From Mobula hypostoma (taxonomy: Eukaryota): 64,000 nucleotides of DNA. Numbering within the stretch: the first letter of the stretch is position 1; each line of letters opens with the position of its first letter. Position numbers and translations under genes: made by a program. The stretch spans positions 194,930,001 to 194,994,000 of the forward strand of contig NC_086097.1 in assembly GCF_963921235.1 (NCBI RefSeq). The letters run 5' to 3'. The notes below the pieces were generated by a model that saw nothing but the letters and a program-made list of their open reading frames with translations, had not been told where the DNA came from and did no database searches. Positions 1-13,030 of the stretch are shown here, piece after piece.

Positions 1-732
1 GTTTGTGAGTAGGGGTGTTCCACAGGGGTTAGTGTTGGGTCCACTACTTTCCATATTATATATTAATGATCTGGATTATGGAACTGATGGCCTTGTGGCC
101 AAGTTTGCATATGAAACAAAGGTAGGTAGTGGGACAGGAAGTGTTGAGGAAGTAGGGAGTCTGCAGAAGATCCTGGACAGACTAGGAGAATGGGCAAATT
201 ACTACAATACAGGGAAGTGTGTGGCCATATATTTTGGTGGAAGGAATAAAGGCACAGACTATTTTCTAAACAACAAGCAAATTCAGAAATCAGTGATGCA
301 AAGGGGCTTGGGAGTCCTTGTGTATGATTCCCTAAAAATTAACTTGCAGGTTGAGTTGGTAGTAAGGAAAACAAACGGAATGTTAGTATTCATTGCAAGA
401 GGATAAGAATATAACAGCTGATACTATGTAAGATGTTGGTCAGACCAGATCTGGAATATTGTGAGCAATTTTGGACCCCATATCCAAAAGATGTGTTAGC
501 ATTGAAGAGGCAGAGCAGGTTTATAAGAATGAGCCCAAGAATGAAAGGATTAATGTATGAAGAGCATTTGATAATTCCAGCCCCACACTCTCTGTTGTTT
601 AGAAGAATGATAGGGGATCTCATTGAAAAGTACTTAGAAGTCCTAGATAGAGTGTACAGGATGTTTCCATTTGTGGAAGAGGCTAGGATTAGAAGGCATT
701 GCCTCAGAATTGAAGGACGTCACTTTGGAACA
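1..732 (+). mobile_element. Decayed CR1 LINE, RT C-terminal part (left piece; continues at 4640)
   Basis: ORFs 5..406 and 433..735 contain GVPQGxVLGPLL, YINDLD, KFA(D), LVRPxLEYC motifs with frameshifts. Confidence 0.9.
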
Positions 733-1632
733 TAGTCACAGTTTATTGATCCTGGGGAAAATTGGTTTTCATTACAGCTGCACCATAAATAATTAAGTAG
801 TAATAAAACCATAAATAGTTAAATAGTAATATGTAAATTATGCCAGGAAATGAATCCAGGACCAGCCTATTGGCTCAGGGTGGCTGACCCTCCAAGGGAG
901 GAGTTGTAAAGTTTGATGGCCACAGGCAGGAATGACTTCCTATGACGCTCTGTGTTGCATCTCGGTAGAATGAGTCTCTGGCTGAATGTACTCCTGTGCC
1001 CAACCAGTACATTATGTAGTGGATGGAAGACATTGTCCAAGATGGCATGCAACTTGGACAGCATCCTCTTTTCAAACACCACCGTCAGAGTCCAGTTCCA
1101 TCCCCACAACATCATTGGCCTTATGAATGAGTTTGTTGATTCTGTTGGTGTCTGCTACCCTCAGCCTGCTGCCCCAGCACACAACAGCAAACATGATCGC
1201 ACTGGCCACCACAGACTCGTAGAACATCCTCAGCATCTTCTGGCAGATGCTAAAGGACCTCAGTCTCCTCAGGAAATAGAGACGGCTCTGACCCTTCTTG
1301 TAGACAGCCTCAGTGTTCTTTGACCAGTCCAGTTTATTGTCAATTCGTATCCCCAGGTATTTATAATCCTCCACCATGTCCACACTGACCCCCTGGATGG
1401 AAACGGGGGTCACCGGTACCTTAGCTCTCCTCAGGTCTACCACCAGCTCCTTAGTCTTTTTCACATTAAGCTGCAGATAATTCTCCTCACACCATGTGAC
1501 AAAGTTTCTACCGTAGCCCTGTACTCAGCCTCATCTCCCTTGCTGATGCATCCAACTATGGCAGAGTCATCCGAAAACTTCTGAAGATGACAAGACTCTG
1601 TGTCTGTGCAGTAATTGAAGTCCGAGGTGTAA
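733..1632 (-). mobile_element. Rex1/Babar-type LINE, 5'-truncated 3' fragment
   Basis: Minus ORFs: IYTSDF..HLQKFSDDSAIVGCI, KTKELVVDLR, YKYLG, KKGQSRLYFLRRLRSF, RKSFLPVAIKLYN; AATAAA and short tail near 735-750. Confidence 0.88.
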
Positions 1633-1730
1633 ATAGAAACATAGAAACATAGAAAATAGGTGCAGGAGTAGGCCATTCGGCCCTTCGAGCCTGCACCGCC
1701 ATTTATTATGATCATGGCTGATCATCCAAC

Positions 1731-3410
1731 TCAGAACCCCGCCCCAGCCTTCCCTCCATACCCCCTGACCCCTGTAGCCACAAGGGCCATATCTAACTCC
1801 CTCTTAAACATAGCCAATGAACTGGCCTCAACAGTTTGCTGTGGCAGAGAATTCCACAGATTCACCACTCTGTGTGTGAAGAAGTTTTTCCTAATCTCGG
1901 TCCTAAAAGGCTTCCCCTTTATCCTCAAACTGTGACCCCTCGTTCTGGACTTCCCCAACATCGGGAACAATCTTCCTGCATCTAGCCTGTCCAATCCCTT
2001 TAGGATCTTATACGTTTCAATCAGATCCCCCCTCAATCTTCTAAATTCCAACGAGTACAAGCCCAGTTCATCCAGTCTTTCCTCATATGAAAGTCCTGCC
2101 ATCCCAGGAATCAATCTGGTGAACCTTCTTTGTACTCCCTCTATGGCAAAGATGTCTTTCCTCAGATTAGGGGACCAAAACTGCACACAATACTCCAGGT
2201 GTGGTCTCACCAAGGCCTTGTACAACTGCAGTAGTACCTCCCTGCTCCTGTACTTGAATCCTCTCGCTATAAATGCCAGCATACCATTCGCCTTTTTCAC
2301 CGCCTGCTGTACCTGCATGCCCACTTTCAATGACTGGTGTATAATGACACCCAGGTCTCGTTGCACCTCCCCTTTTCCTAATCGGCCACCATTCAGATAA
2401 TAATCTGTTTTCCTATTTTTGCCACCAAAGTGGATAACTTCACATTTACCCACATTAAATTGCATCTGCCATGAGTTTGCCCACTCACCCAACCTATCCA
2501 AGTCACCCTGCATCCTCTTAGCATCCTCCTCACTGCTAACACTGCCACCCAGCTTCGTGTCATCCGCAAACTTGGAGATGCTGCATTTAATTCCCTCATC
2601 CAAGTCATTAATATATATTGTAAACAACTGGGGTCCCAGCACTGAGCCTTGCGGTACCCCAGTAGTCACCGCCTGCCATTCTGAAAAGGTCCTGTTTATT
2701 CCCACTCTTTGCTTCCTGTCTGCCAACCAATTCTCCACCCACACCAATACCTTACCCCCAATACCGTGTGCTTTAAGTTTGCACACTAATCTCCTGTGTG
2801 GGACCTTGTCAAAAGCCTTTTGAAAATCCAAATATACCACATCCACTGGTTCTCCCCTATCCACTCTACTAGTTACATCCTCAAAAAATTCTATGAGATT
2901 CGTCAGACATGATTTTCCTTTCACAAATCCATGCTGACTTTGTCCGATGATTTCACCGCTTTCCAAATGTGCTGTTATCACATCCTTGATAACTGACTCC
3001 AGCAGTTTCCCCACCACCGACGTTAGGCTAACCGGTCTATAATTCCCCGGTTTCTCTCTCCCTCCTTTTTTAAAAAGTGAGGTTACATTAGCCACCCTCC
3101 AATCCTCAGGAACTAGTCCAGAATCTAACGAGTTTTGAAAAATTATCACTAATGCATCCACTATTTCTTGGGCTACTTCCTTAAGCACTCTAGGATGCAG
3201 ACCATCTGGCCCTGGGGATTTATCTGCCTTCAATCCCTTCAATTTACCTAACACCACTTCCCTACTAACATGTATTTCACTCAGTTCCTCCATCTCACTG
3301 GACCCTCTGTCCCTTACTATTTCTGGAAGATTATTTATGTCCTCCTTAGTGAAGACAGAACCAAAGTAATTATTCAATTGGTCTGCCATGTCCTTGCTCC
3401 CCATAATCAA
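1731..3410 (-). CDS. CR1 ORF2 reverse transcriptase portion, 559 aa uninterrupted
   Basis: [45 protein letters not shown] motifs. Confidence 0.9.
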   Translation of the reverse strand: MIMGSKDMADQLNNYFGSVFTKEDINNLPEIVRDRGSSEMEELSEIHVSREVVLGKLKGLKADKSPGPDGLHPRVLKEVAQEIVDALVIIFQNSLDSGLVPEDWRVANVTSLFKKGGREKPGNYRPVSLTSVVGKLLESVIKDVITAHLESGEIIGQSQHGFVKGKSCLTNLIEFFEDVTSRVDRGEPVDVVYLDFQKAFDKVPHRRLVCKLKAHGIGGKVLVWVENWLADRKQRVGINRTFSEWQAVTTGVPQGSVLGPQLFTIYINDLDEGIKCSISKFADDTKLGGSVSSEEDAKRMQGDLDRLGEWANSWQMQFNVGKCEVIHFGGKNRKTDYYLNGGRLGKGEVQRDLGVIIHQSLKVGMQVQQAVKKANGMLAFIARGFKYRSREVLLQLYKALVRPHLEYCVQFWSPNLRKDIFAIEGVQRRFTRLIPGMAGLSYEERLDELGLYSLEFRRLRGDLIETYKILKGLDRLDAGRLFPMLGKSRTRGHSLRIKGKPFRTEIRKNFFTHRVVNLWNSLPQQTVEASSLAMFKRELDMALVATGVRGYGGKAGAGF

Positions 3411-3455
3411 TTCACCTGTTTCTGTCTGCAGGGGACCTACATTTGTCTTTACCAG

Positions 3456-4630
3456 TCATTTCCTTTTTACATATCTATAAAAGCTTTTACAGTCCGTTTT
3501 TATGTTCTCTGCCAGTTTTCTCTCATAATCTTTTTTCCCCTTCCTAATTAAGCCCTTTGTCCTCCTCTGCTGAACTCTGAATTTCTCCCAGTTCTCAGGT
3601 GAGCCACTATGTCTGGCTAATTTGTATGCTACTTCTTTGGAATTGATACTATCCCTAATTTCTCTTGTCAGCCACGGGTGCACTACCTTCCTTGATTTAT
3701 TCTTTTGCCAAACTGGGATGAACAATTGTTGTAGTTCATCCATGCAACCTTTAAATGCTTGCCATTGCATATCCATCGTCAATCCTTTAAGTGTCATTTG
3801 CCAGTCTATCTTAGCTAATTCACGTCTCATACCTTCAAAGTTACCCCTCTTTAAGTTCAGAACCTTTGTTTCTGAATTAACTATGTCACTCTCCATATTA
3901 ATGAAGAATTCCACCATATTATGGTCACTCTTACCCAAGGGGCCTCTCACGACAAGATCGCTAATTAACCCTTCCTCATTGCTCAAAACCCAGTCCAGAA
4001 TAGCCTGCTCTCTATTTGGTTCCTCGACATGTTGGTTCAAAAAACCACCCCGCATACATTCCAAGAAATCCTCTTCTTCAGCACCTTTACCAATTTGGTT
4101 CACCCAGTCTACATGTAGATTGAAGTCACCCATTATAACTGCTGTTCCTTTATTGCACACATTTCTAATTTCCTGTTTAATACCATCTCCGACCTCACTA
4201 CTACTGTTAGGTGGCCTGTACACAACTCCCACCAGCGTCTTCTGCCCCTTAGTGTTATGCAGCTCTACCCATATCGATTCCACATCTTCCCGGTTTATGT
4301 CCTTCCTTTCTATTGCGTTAATCTCTTCTTTAACCAGCAACACCACCCCACCTCCCCTTCCTTCATGTCTATCGCTCCTGAATATTGAATATCCCTGAAC
4401 GTTGAGCTCCCATCCCTGGTCACCCTGGAGCCATGTCTCTGTGATCCCAACTATATCATAATCATTAATAACAATCTGCACTTTCAATTCATCCACCTTA
4501 TTACGAATGCTCCTTGCATTGACACATAAAGCCTTCAGGCGCTCTTTTACAACTCTCTTAGCCCTTGTACAATTATGTTGAAAAGTGGCCCTTTTTAATG
4601 CTTGCCCTGGATTTGTCGGCCTGCCACTTT
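3456..4630 (-). pseudogene. CR1 ORF2 endonuclease domain (APE)
   Basis: NARSIRNK, VGITETW, VYRPP, MGDFN, SDH motifs; frameshift near 3456. Confidence 0.9.
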
Positions 4631-4639
4631 TACTTTTAT

Positions 4640-4885
4640 GAACAGGAATGAAGAAGAATTTCTTTAGCCAAAGGTTGGTGAATCTGTAGAATTTATAGCC
4701 GCAGATGGCAGTGGAGGCCAAATCACTGGGCATAGTTAAAGTGGAGGTTGAAGTTCTTGATTAGTAAAGGCGTCAAAGGTTAACGCAAAAACAGTAGAAT
4801 GAGGTTAAGAGGTAAGATAAATGAGCCATAATTGAATTGTGGAGCAGACTCAATGGGCAGAATGGCTGATGTCTTATGGTCTAAT
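4640..4885 (+). mobile_element. CR1 3' end, continuation of 1..732
   Basis: Resumes CR1 consensus (AATTTCTTTAGCC..GGTGAATCTG) and ends in TCTTATGGTCT tail; GAACA present at 728-732 and 4640-4644. Confidence 0.85.
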
Positions 4886-5240
4886 GTGAGTGACAACTAA
4901 TCTACAAACTATTGGAATCGCACCTTCAGTTTTTGTGCACTCTGAAAACTATTTGGTGCTTTTTTGATTGCTTCAGAACTAAAATAAGTTTACTGCAATT
5001 GTTCAAGAGCATTCAGGAGTTTTCAGAGACTCAAAATGACCAGATAATTAAATTTTTACAGACTTAACTGTGACTTAAATAGTAACAGCTCCTGAGGCTA
5101 AGTACCAAAAATGAATGAACACTTCTGCTGAAACCAAAGTTTTATCCTACAGAGAGATCCATTTAGTTTTAAAGAGTCATTGAATATATAAAATAATAAT
5201 TTCTGTGAGAATTGAAAAAATAGAAATAACTGCTGTGAAG

Positions 5241-5278
<38 letters not shown>

Positions 5279-5295
5279 GTGTGTGTGCGCGTCTG
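5241..5295. repeat. (GT)n(GC)n(GT)n microsatellite
   Basis: Directly visible alternating purine-pyrimidine tract. Confidence 0.95.
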
Positions 5296-5799
5296 CATGC
5301 GCATACTTTACTCTATTCATTGTGTTCACCAAAACAACACCTTACTTAAGTGGTGGAAGGAGGACAACCTTACAAAGTCCCCCACCAACCCACATCAAGC
5401 ACCTCCTGCCACATGTGGAAGAAACTGCAATTCCTACATTAGCTTTATCAGCCTTTTTAGAACCAACAAAACTAGAGTGAAATAAGACATCTTTGGTCCT
5501 AGGGAAGAGGAGAAGGAGAAGATGAAGAAGAAGACAGTTTTTGAGTAAGTTAATTTAAATGTACTTAATTGTTAATTTCAATGTTTTAAATATTCTTTTT
5601 GCCTTTTTCGTGTTTTAATTACTTTTCCTTCTCAAGCTTCTATTTTTAAAAGATGTTTAATATATTTCTAAATTTTTCATGGTTAGTTTAATTTTAATCA
5701 TTTTTGAATATTCTTCACTGTCCATAGTTGTCACACAAACATTCTCAGTTCTTGGTTTCAGTCCTACTCTGGGAGCTCCCAACTTCTAATTTCTTTCTG

Positions 5800-6330
5800 A
5801 TATATAGACAACTGCATTGGTGCTGTTTCCTCCACTTGAAAATTGCATTATTCCTGCTACCTATAGTCACCCTACTCTCACCATCATATGTTCCAACTCT
5901 GATTCTTCCCTTCCCTCTCTCCGTGGCTCCGCAAATATCTATTACAAGAATACAGCTCTGCTTGCTGACATTCTGCCTCCTGAAAGAACTCCATTCCATT
6001 CTCCAAGTTCCTCTGTCTCTGTTGATCTGCTACATTGAGAAGACTTTCTACACAGATGCCCTGAGTTGACTTCCTTCTTTCTGAACAATGGCTTCCCATT
6101 TCATGTATTTGTCACAGCCTTGGATTACATCTCAGTTACCTCACCAACTGCCTTTCTTAACTAAACTAGCAAAGAGCTTCCCTGGTCCTGACCTTCTATG
6201 CCACTATTTTGTACATTCAGTGGATTAAGTTTCTCCAATTTCAATCTGAACCCACCACTCCCCTCCCCTTTTAGCATTTCAAAGGAATGGTTCTTGTGTC
6301 TCTATCCCCTCCAATTATGGATCCACAGGA
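5800..6330 (+). mobile_element. Highly decayed Penelope-like RT C-terminal fragment
   Basis: Patchy resemblance to 53060-53560 (CT-rich, CCCTGGTCCTGACCTT, CCCCTCCCC..GCATTTC); no clean ORF. Confidence 0.4.
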
Positions 6331-6684
6331 AATGCCATTTGTACCTTTTCATCTCTTCACTTCACACCATTTGATTTATCTGTTAAATCCCAGTGTAGTC
6401 TTGGGTAGACGGTGACGCAGCTTGTTGAGTTGCTATTTCGTATGTTCAGACATCTATGTTTAATCTTGTCAGCTCCTGGGTGGTGAGTTCATAATCAAAC
6501 AGACTGCTTTATTCTCAAACGTGCTAAGTGCCTTGAGTGTATTCAAGCAAGTAAAGGTCATTCTATCACTCTCCCTTTTTCCATTACAATTCTACTACTC
6601 AGCTAAACACTGGAAGCAATTTACAGTGTCCTACTGGCCTGCCAGGTTGCACATTTTTAGATTTATGAGGAAATAAGAACATTG

Positions 6685-7525
6685 TGAGGAAGTTTGCTGA
6701 AGGATTTGACAGATTGGGAGAATGGGTAAAGAAGGGATATATAGAATATGGTGTAGAGAAGTGTATGGCCATACACTTTCATAGAAGAAATAAAGATGTA
6801 GTCTATTTTCTAAATGGGGAGAAATTTCTAAAATTGGAGGGGCAAAGGGAGTCCTTGTGTGCGATTCTCTGAAGGTTAACTTTTAGGTTGAGTTGGTGGT
6901 AAGGAAGGATAATGCAATGTTAGCATTCCTTTCAACAGGACTAGAATATAAGAGTAAGGGTGTAATTCTGAGGCTTTATAAGGTATTGGTCAGACCACAA
7001 CTGAAAAATTTTGAGCAATTTTGTGCCTCTTACCTATGAAAGGAGAGAATGCACACAAGAATAATCCTGGTCATGAATGGGTTAACATACAAGTAGCATT
7101 TGTTGGCTCTGGGCCTGTACTCACTGCAGTTCAGAAGGATAAGGGGGGATCCCATTGAAATCTATTGACTATTGAAAGATCTAGGTAGAGTGGATGTGGA
7201 GAGGATGTTTTCTATAGTGGGTGAGTCTGCACCAGAGGACACAGAATAGAGGGACACCTATTTAGAACAGAGACGAGGAGGAACTACTTCAGCTAGAGGG
7301 TGGAGAATCTGCAGAATTCATTGCCAAAGATGGCTGTGGAGGCCAAGTCATTGAGTTTATTTAAAACGGTGGTTGATAAAGTTCTTCATTAGTAAGGGCA
7401 TCAAAGGTTACAGGGGGAAGGCAGGGGAATGGGATTGATAGGGATAATAAATCAGCTATGATGGTATGGCAGAGCAGATTCAATGGACCAAAATGCTTAA
7501 TTATGCTTCTATGCTTTTGGTCTAA
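6685..7525 (+). mobile_element. Decayed CR1 3' fragment
   Basis: DRLGEW..KCM..HF motif, then CR1 3' coding and UTR sequence ending in ..TATGCTTTTGGTCT. Confidence 0.88.
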
Positions 7526-7539
7526 GAAAGAATATCCCA

Positions 7540-8300
7540 TGTGAGTGATGCCTTTGATTATGCTGGTTGCTTTACTGAAGATGTGACAAGTGTAAGCAGA
7601 TTACGTGGAGGGGAGGATGATTTCTGTGATATGCTGGATCGTGTCCACACTTTCTGCAGATTCTTGTGGTCTTGGGCAAAGCAACTGACATACCAAGCTG
7701 TGATGCATCCAGATAGAATACTTTATATGATGTGCTGATAAAAATTGGAGGAGGTGAAAGGGGGCATGCCAAATGAGTATGTAAAGACACTGGTGAGCTT
7801 TCTTGGACTAGAACATGCCATTAGTGATGTTCATACCTGGAAGCTGAAGTATTCATTCCTCTTGATCCAGCCCTGTTGATGTAAACGGGAGCTGGTGTAC
7901 CCTCCTCCCTTCCGGAGTCAGTGATTGGCTGTTTTGTTTTGCTAACACTGAGGGACAGGTTGTTGTCTTGACACCATGCCACCAGGCTCTCTATCTCCTT
8001 GCTGTACTCCGACTCATAGGTTTTTTAAGACACTGTCCCTTGTAGTGGTATCATCAGAAAACTTGCAGATGGGGTTAGAGCAGATTCTGGCCATGCAGTC
8101 ATGAGTGTACAGGGAGTGGAGTATGGGTTGAGGATGCAGCCTTGTGGAACACCTGTGTTGACATAATAGTGATTGAAAGGTTGTCACCTATCCCTACTGA
8201 TTGTGATCTGTTGGTCAGGAAGTCAAGCATTCAGTTGCAAAGAGAAGTGTTCAGTTCCAGATTTAGGAGTTTGGAGACAAGTTTTCTTAGTATTATATTA
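7540..8300 (-). mobile_element. Old Rex1/Babar-type RT fragment
   Basis: Reverse strand reads remnants of PQGC, LYTHDC and KFSDD (8050-8150). Confidence 0.65.
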
Positions 8301-9095
8301 TTGATGCACCCTTAATGCATTTGGGAATAAAACAGACTGTTTCTCCATTGAGGTTAAATATTCATTCTTTCCAATTGCATTATCTCATGACTGCAGTATA
8401 TTACTCCAGTGTAATACTCTGTAGTTGGTCTAAGTTATTCCACCATCACCAACTAATTTTGTATTATACAAGTGGATGCACTGCAGCTACTACGAAATGA
8501 TTCACTTGGTGAAAAAAAAATCACCTACAGTGTAAGCAAGTGTTTATTATTTTGTGTGACCACATGAAACATATTGGACTAGCATTCAGAACAGTAACTG
8601 GAAAGAACTTGTCAATACTCCCCAGTTGTGCTTTCATTGTTCAATTGCCCATGGCAGTCACAGAATGCTGAATGGCATATTGAAATAATTTTCAGGGACA
8701 CTTGTCAGTTAATCTAACCTCTTGGGAGCTTTTCTGGATCTATTCTGTATGGCCTTGCTATAATATCATCAGGAACTAGTGCTTTTGAAAAGATCTTACC
8801 CTTGATGCAGTGGTGCAGTATTACGTAGGTAATAAATTTAGAAGCATTAGGCTTGTTTGCTTTTCCACTGCCTCCACCTTTACCATCCATCTCTACTTTT
8901 TGAATTAATCTTTCCAGAATTCGATCGTTCCTTGGTCATAGGTTTGAACATAGCACTACCCTTTTCCTATTGATTGCAAAACTGTTAAAGTTTATCATTG
9001 GAAATAGTTTCAAAATTTTGAATTAAACCCTGTCTCTCCACAAGTCAAATATTTTTCATATGCCCTAAATCTGACCACCAATATTCAAGAAATAG

Positions 9096-12000
9096 AAACA
9101 TAGAAATATAGAAAGTAGGTGCAGGAGTAGGCCATTCGGCCCTTCGAACCTGCACCGCCATTCAGTATGATCATGGCTGATCATCCAATTCAGAACCCTG
9201 TACCTGCCTTTTCTCCATACCCCCTGATCCCTTTAGCCACAAGGGCCATATCTAACTCCCTCTTAATATATCGCCAATATACTGGCCTCAACTGTTTCCT
9301 GCGGCAGAGAATTCCACAGATTCACCACTCTCTGTGTGAAGAAGTGTTTCCTAATCTCGGTCCTAAAATCCTTCCCCTTTATCCTCAAACTGTGACCCCT
9401 CGTTCTGGACTTCCCCAACATCAAGAACAATTTTCCTGCATCTAGCCTGTCCAATCCCTTTACAATTTTATACGATTCAATAAGATCCCCCCTCAATCTT
9501 CTAAATTCCAGACAGTATAAGCCTAGTCGATCCAGTCTTTTATAATATGAAAGCCCCGCCATCCCAGGAATCAATCTGGTGAACCTTCTTTGTACTCCCT
9601 CTATGGCAAGAATGTCTTTCCTCAGATTAGGGGACCAAAACTGCCCACAATACTCCTGGTGTGGTCTCACCAGGCCTTGTACAACTGCAGTAGTAGTACC
9701 TCCCTGCTCCTGTACTCGAATCCTCTCGCTACAAATGCCAGCATACCATTCGCCTTTTTCACCGCCTGCTGTACCTGCATGTCCACTTTCAATGACTAGT
9801 GTACAATGACACCCAGGTCTTGTTGCACCTCCCCTTTTCCTAATTGGCCACCATTCAGATAATAATCTGTTTTCCTGTTTTTGCCACCAAAATGGATAAC
9901 TTCACATTTATCCACATTAAATTGCATCTGCCATGAATTTGCCCACTCACCTAACCTATCCAAGTCACCCTGCATTCTCTTAGCATCCTCCTCACAGCTA
10001 ACACTGCCGCCCAGCTTTGTGTCATCCGCAAACTTGGAGATGTTGCATTTAATTCCCTCATCTAAGTCATTAATATATATTGTAAACAACTGGGGTCCCA
10101 GCACTGAGCCTTGCAGTACCCCACTAGTCACTGCCTGCCATTCTGAAAAGGTCCCGTTTATTCCTACTCTTTGCTTCCTGTCTGCCAACCAATTCTCTAT
10201 CCACATCATTACCATACCCCCAATACCGTGTGCTTTAAGTTTGCACACTAATCTTCTGTGTGGGACCTTGTCAAAAGCCTTTTGAAAATCCAAATATACC
10301 ACATCCACTGGTTCTCCCCTATCCATTCTACTAGTTACATCCTCAAAAAATTCTATGAGGTTCGTCAGACATGATTTTCCTTTCACAAATCCATGCTGAC
10401 TTTGTCAGATGATTTTACTGCTTTCCAAATGTGCTGTTTTCACATCTTTGATAACTGACTCTAGCATTTTCCCCACCATCGATGTTAGGCTAACCGGTCT
10501 ATAATTCCTTAGTTTCCCTCTCCCTCCTTTTTTAAAAAGCGGGGTTACATTACCCACCCTCCAATCCTCAGGAACTAGTCCAGAATCTAACGAGTTTTGA
10601 AAAATTATCACTAATACGTCCACTATTTTTTGGGTTACTTCCTTAGGCACTCTGGGATGCAGACCATCTGGCCCTGGGGATTTATCTGCCTTTAAACCCT
10701 TCAATTTACATAACACCACTTCCCTACTAACATGTATTTCACTCAGTACCTCCATATCACTAGACCCTCGGTCCCCTACTATTTCCGGAAGATTATTTAT
10801 GTCCTCCTTAGTGAGGACAGAACCAAAGTAGTTATTCAATTGGTCTGCCATGTCCTTGTTCCCCATGATGAATTCACCTGTTTCTGACTGTAAGGGACCT
10901 ACATTTGTCTTAACCAATCTTTTTCTTTTCACATATCTATAAAAGCTTTTACAGTCAGTTTTTATGTTCCCTGCCAGCTTTCTCTCATAATCGTTTTTCC
11001 CTTTCCTAATTAAGCCCTTTGTCCTCCTCTTCTGGACTCTGAATTTCTCCCAGTCCTCAGGTGTGCCGCTTTTTCTGGCTAATTTGTATGTTTCTTCTTT
11101 GGAATTGATACTATCCCTAATTTCCCTTGTCAGCCACGGGTGCACTACCTTCCCTGATTTATTCTTTTGCCAAACTGGGATGAACAATTGTTGTAATTCA
11201 TCCATGCAATCTTTAAATGCTTGCCATTGCATATCCACCATCAACCCTTTAAGTGTCATTTGCCAGTGTATCTTAGCTAATTCACGTCTCATACCTTCAA
11301 AATTACCCCTTTTTAAGTTCAGAACCTTTGTTTCTGAATTAACTATGTCACTCTCCATCTTAATGAAGAATTCCACCATATTATGGTCACTCTTACCCAA
11401 GGGGCCTCTCACGACAAGATTGCTAATTAACCCTTCCTCATTGCTCAATACTCAGTCTAGAATAGCCTGCTCTCTAGTCGGTTCCTCGACATGTTGGTTC
11501 AGAAAACCATCCCGCATACATTCCAAGAAATCGTCTTCCTCAGCACCCTTACCAATTTGGTTCACCCAATCTATATGTAGATTGAAGTCACCCAGTATAA
11601 CTGCTGTTCCTTTATTGCACGTATTTCTAATTTCCTGTTTAATGCCATCCCCAACCTCACTACTACTGTTAGGTGGCCTGTACACAACTCCCACCAGCGT
11701 TTTCTGCCCATTAGTGTTATGCAGCTCTACCCATATCAATTCCACATCCTCCCGGCTAATGTCCTTCCTTTCTATTGCGTTAATCTCCTCTCTAACTAGC
11801 AATGCCTCCCCACCTCCTTTTCTTTCATGTCTATCCCTCCTGAATATTGAATATCCCTGAATGTTGAGCTCCCATCCTTGGTCACCATGGAGCCATGTCT
11901 CTGTCATCCCAACCATGTCATATTCATTAATAACTATCTGCACATTCAATTCATCCACCTTGTTACGAATGCTCCTTGCATTGACACACAAAGCCTTCAG

Positions 12001-12169
12001 GCTTGCTTTTACAACACTCTTAGCCCTTATACAATTATGTTGAGAAGTGGCCTTTTTTGATTTTTGCGCTGTATTTGCCGGCCTGCCACTTTTACTTTTC
12101 ACCTTACTACTTTTTGCTTCTACCCTCATTTCACACCCCTCTGTCTCTCTGCACTTGTTCCCATCTCCC
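9096..12169 (-). mobile_element. CR1 LINE (subfamily A), 5'-truncated, ORF2 with several stops and frameshifts
   Basis: ORFs 11452..12171, 10405..11448, 9796..10386, 9263..9670; near-identical to 1633-4639; tail near 9093-9115; TSD AAATAG at 9090-9095 and 12170-12175. Confidence 0.95.
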
Positions 12170-12589
12170 AAATAGTTGACTAAAGATCAATGTATGCATT
12201 ACCAGATTAAGTTTAGAATTAATTTGTGTAAATGTTTGCCCCATCCTACGAAAAAAGATAGAAAAGGATATAAAAATCAAAAATTTCAAATTCTGGAACT
12301 CTGAAATAATAACATAAAATGCTGGCGAAGGTATGATGGACTATAACTTTCTTCAAGTCATGCATTTTATTTTTTTCTCAGTATTTTAGACTATGTACTT
12401 ACATTAATATTTGAAGTTAAAATGTACTGATCATATGAACTGTTTTATATGAAACAGTCTTTGAAATTGGGCAATGTAGTGCCTGCTTTTTCTTTTCAAA
12501 TATAATAGAGTCAATGATAAAACTGCACAAAATAATGATTGACAAATAACCTGTCTGAAAACGAAGACAAACTGTGCAAATAACACCAA

Positions 12590-13030
12590 TAAATAAATAA
12601 AGCTAAGAACATGAGTTGTAGAGTCCTTTAAAATGAGTCCATAGGTTGTGTAATCACTTCAGAGTTGAAATGAGTGAAGTTGGGGTGCCACGGTAGCCTT
12701 GCCGTAAGTGCGATGCTATCACAGTTCGTGGCGTCAGAGTTCGGAGTTCAATTCCACCACAGTCTGTAAGGATTTTATATGTTCTCTCTGTGACCACGTA
12801 CCAGTTAGTCGGTCATTGTAAGTTGTCCTGTGATTAGGCTAGTGTTAAATAGGTGGGTTGCTAGGTGGCAAGGCACTTAGGGCTGGAAGTGCCTGATCCA
12901 TGCTGTATCTCTAAATAAAATAAAATTATCCACACTAGTTTTTGAAGCTGGTAGAATGGGACCTAGGGCTCCTGTACCTCCTTTCCATTGGAAACAACGA
13001 GGGGAGAGTATGGCCTGGATGGTGGAGGCT
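12590..13030 (-). mobile_element. Old Rex1-type 3' remnant interrupted by a SINE
   Basis: Reverse complement resembles the Rex1 end at 37290-37400 (CCATCCAGGCCATACTCTC..GGAGGTACAGGAGCC..TACCAGCTTC). Confidence 0.5.
12681..12925 (+). mobile_element. tRNA-derived SINE (HE1/V-SINE-like)
   Basis: A-box-like GGTAGC.., B box GAGTTCAATTCC, CR1-like tail ATGCTGTATCTCTAAATAAAATAAA. Confidence 0.75.

Larger units (their letters stand above)
1633..4639 (-). mobile_element. Young CR1 LINE (subfamily A), 5'-truncated but ORF2 nearly complete
   Basis: APE endonuclease ORF 3456..4733 and RT ORF 1731..3410 separated by one frameshift; (TTTCTATG)n 3' tail at 1633-1655. Confidence 0.95.

Noticed and set aside
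5098..5485. HT/CV-repeat ORFs
   Set aside because: They are translations of the GT microsatellite.
2119..11860. Long plus-strand ORFs such as 3622..4398 and 11063..11860
   Set aside because: They are antisense shadows of CR1 ORF2, repeated in each copy, with no independent protein motifs.
12681..12760. tRNA gene
   Set aside because: Only a degenerate A/B-box head followed by a SINE body and tail; no convincing cloverleaf.
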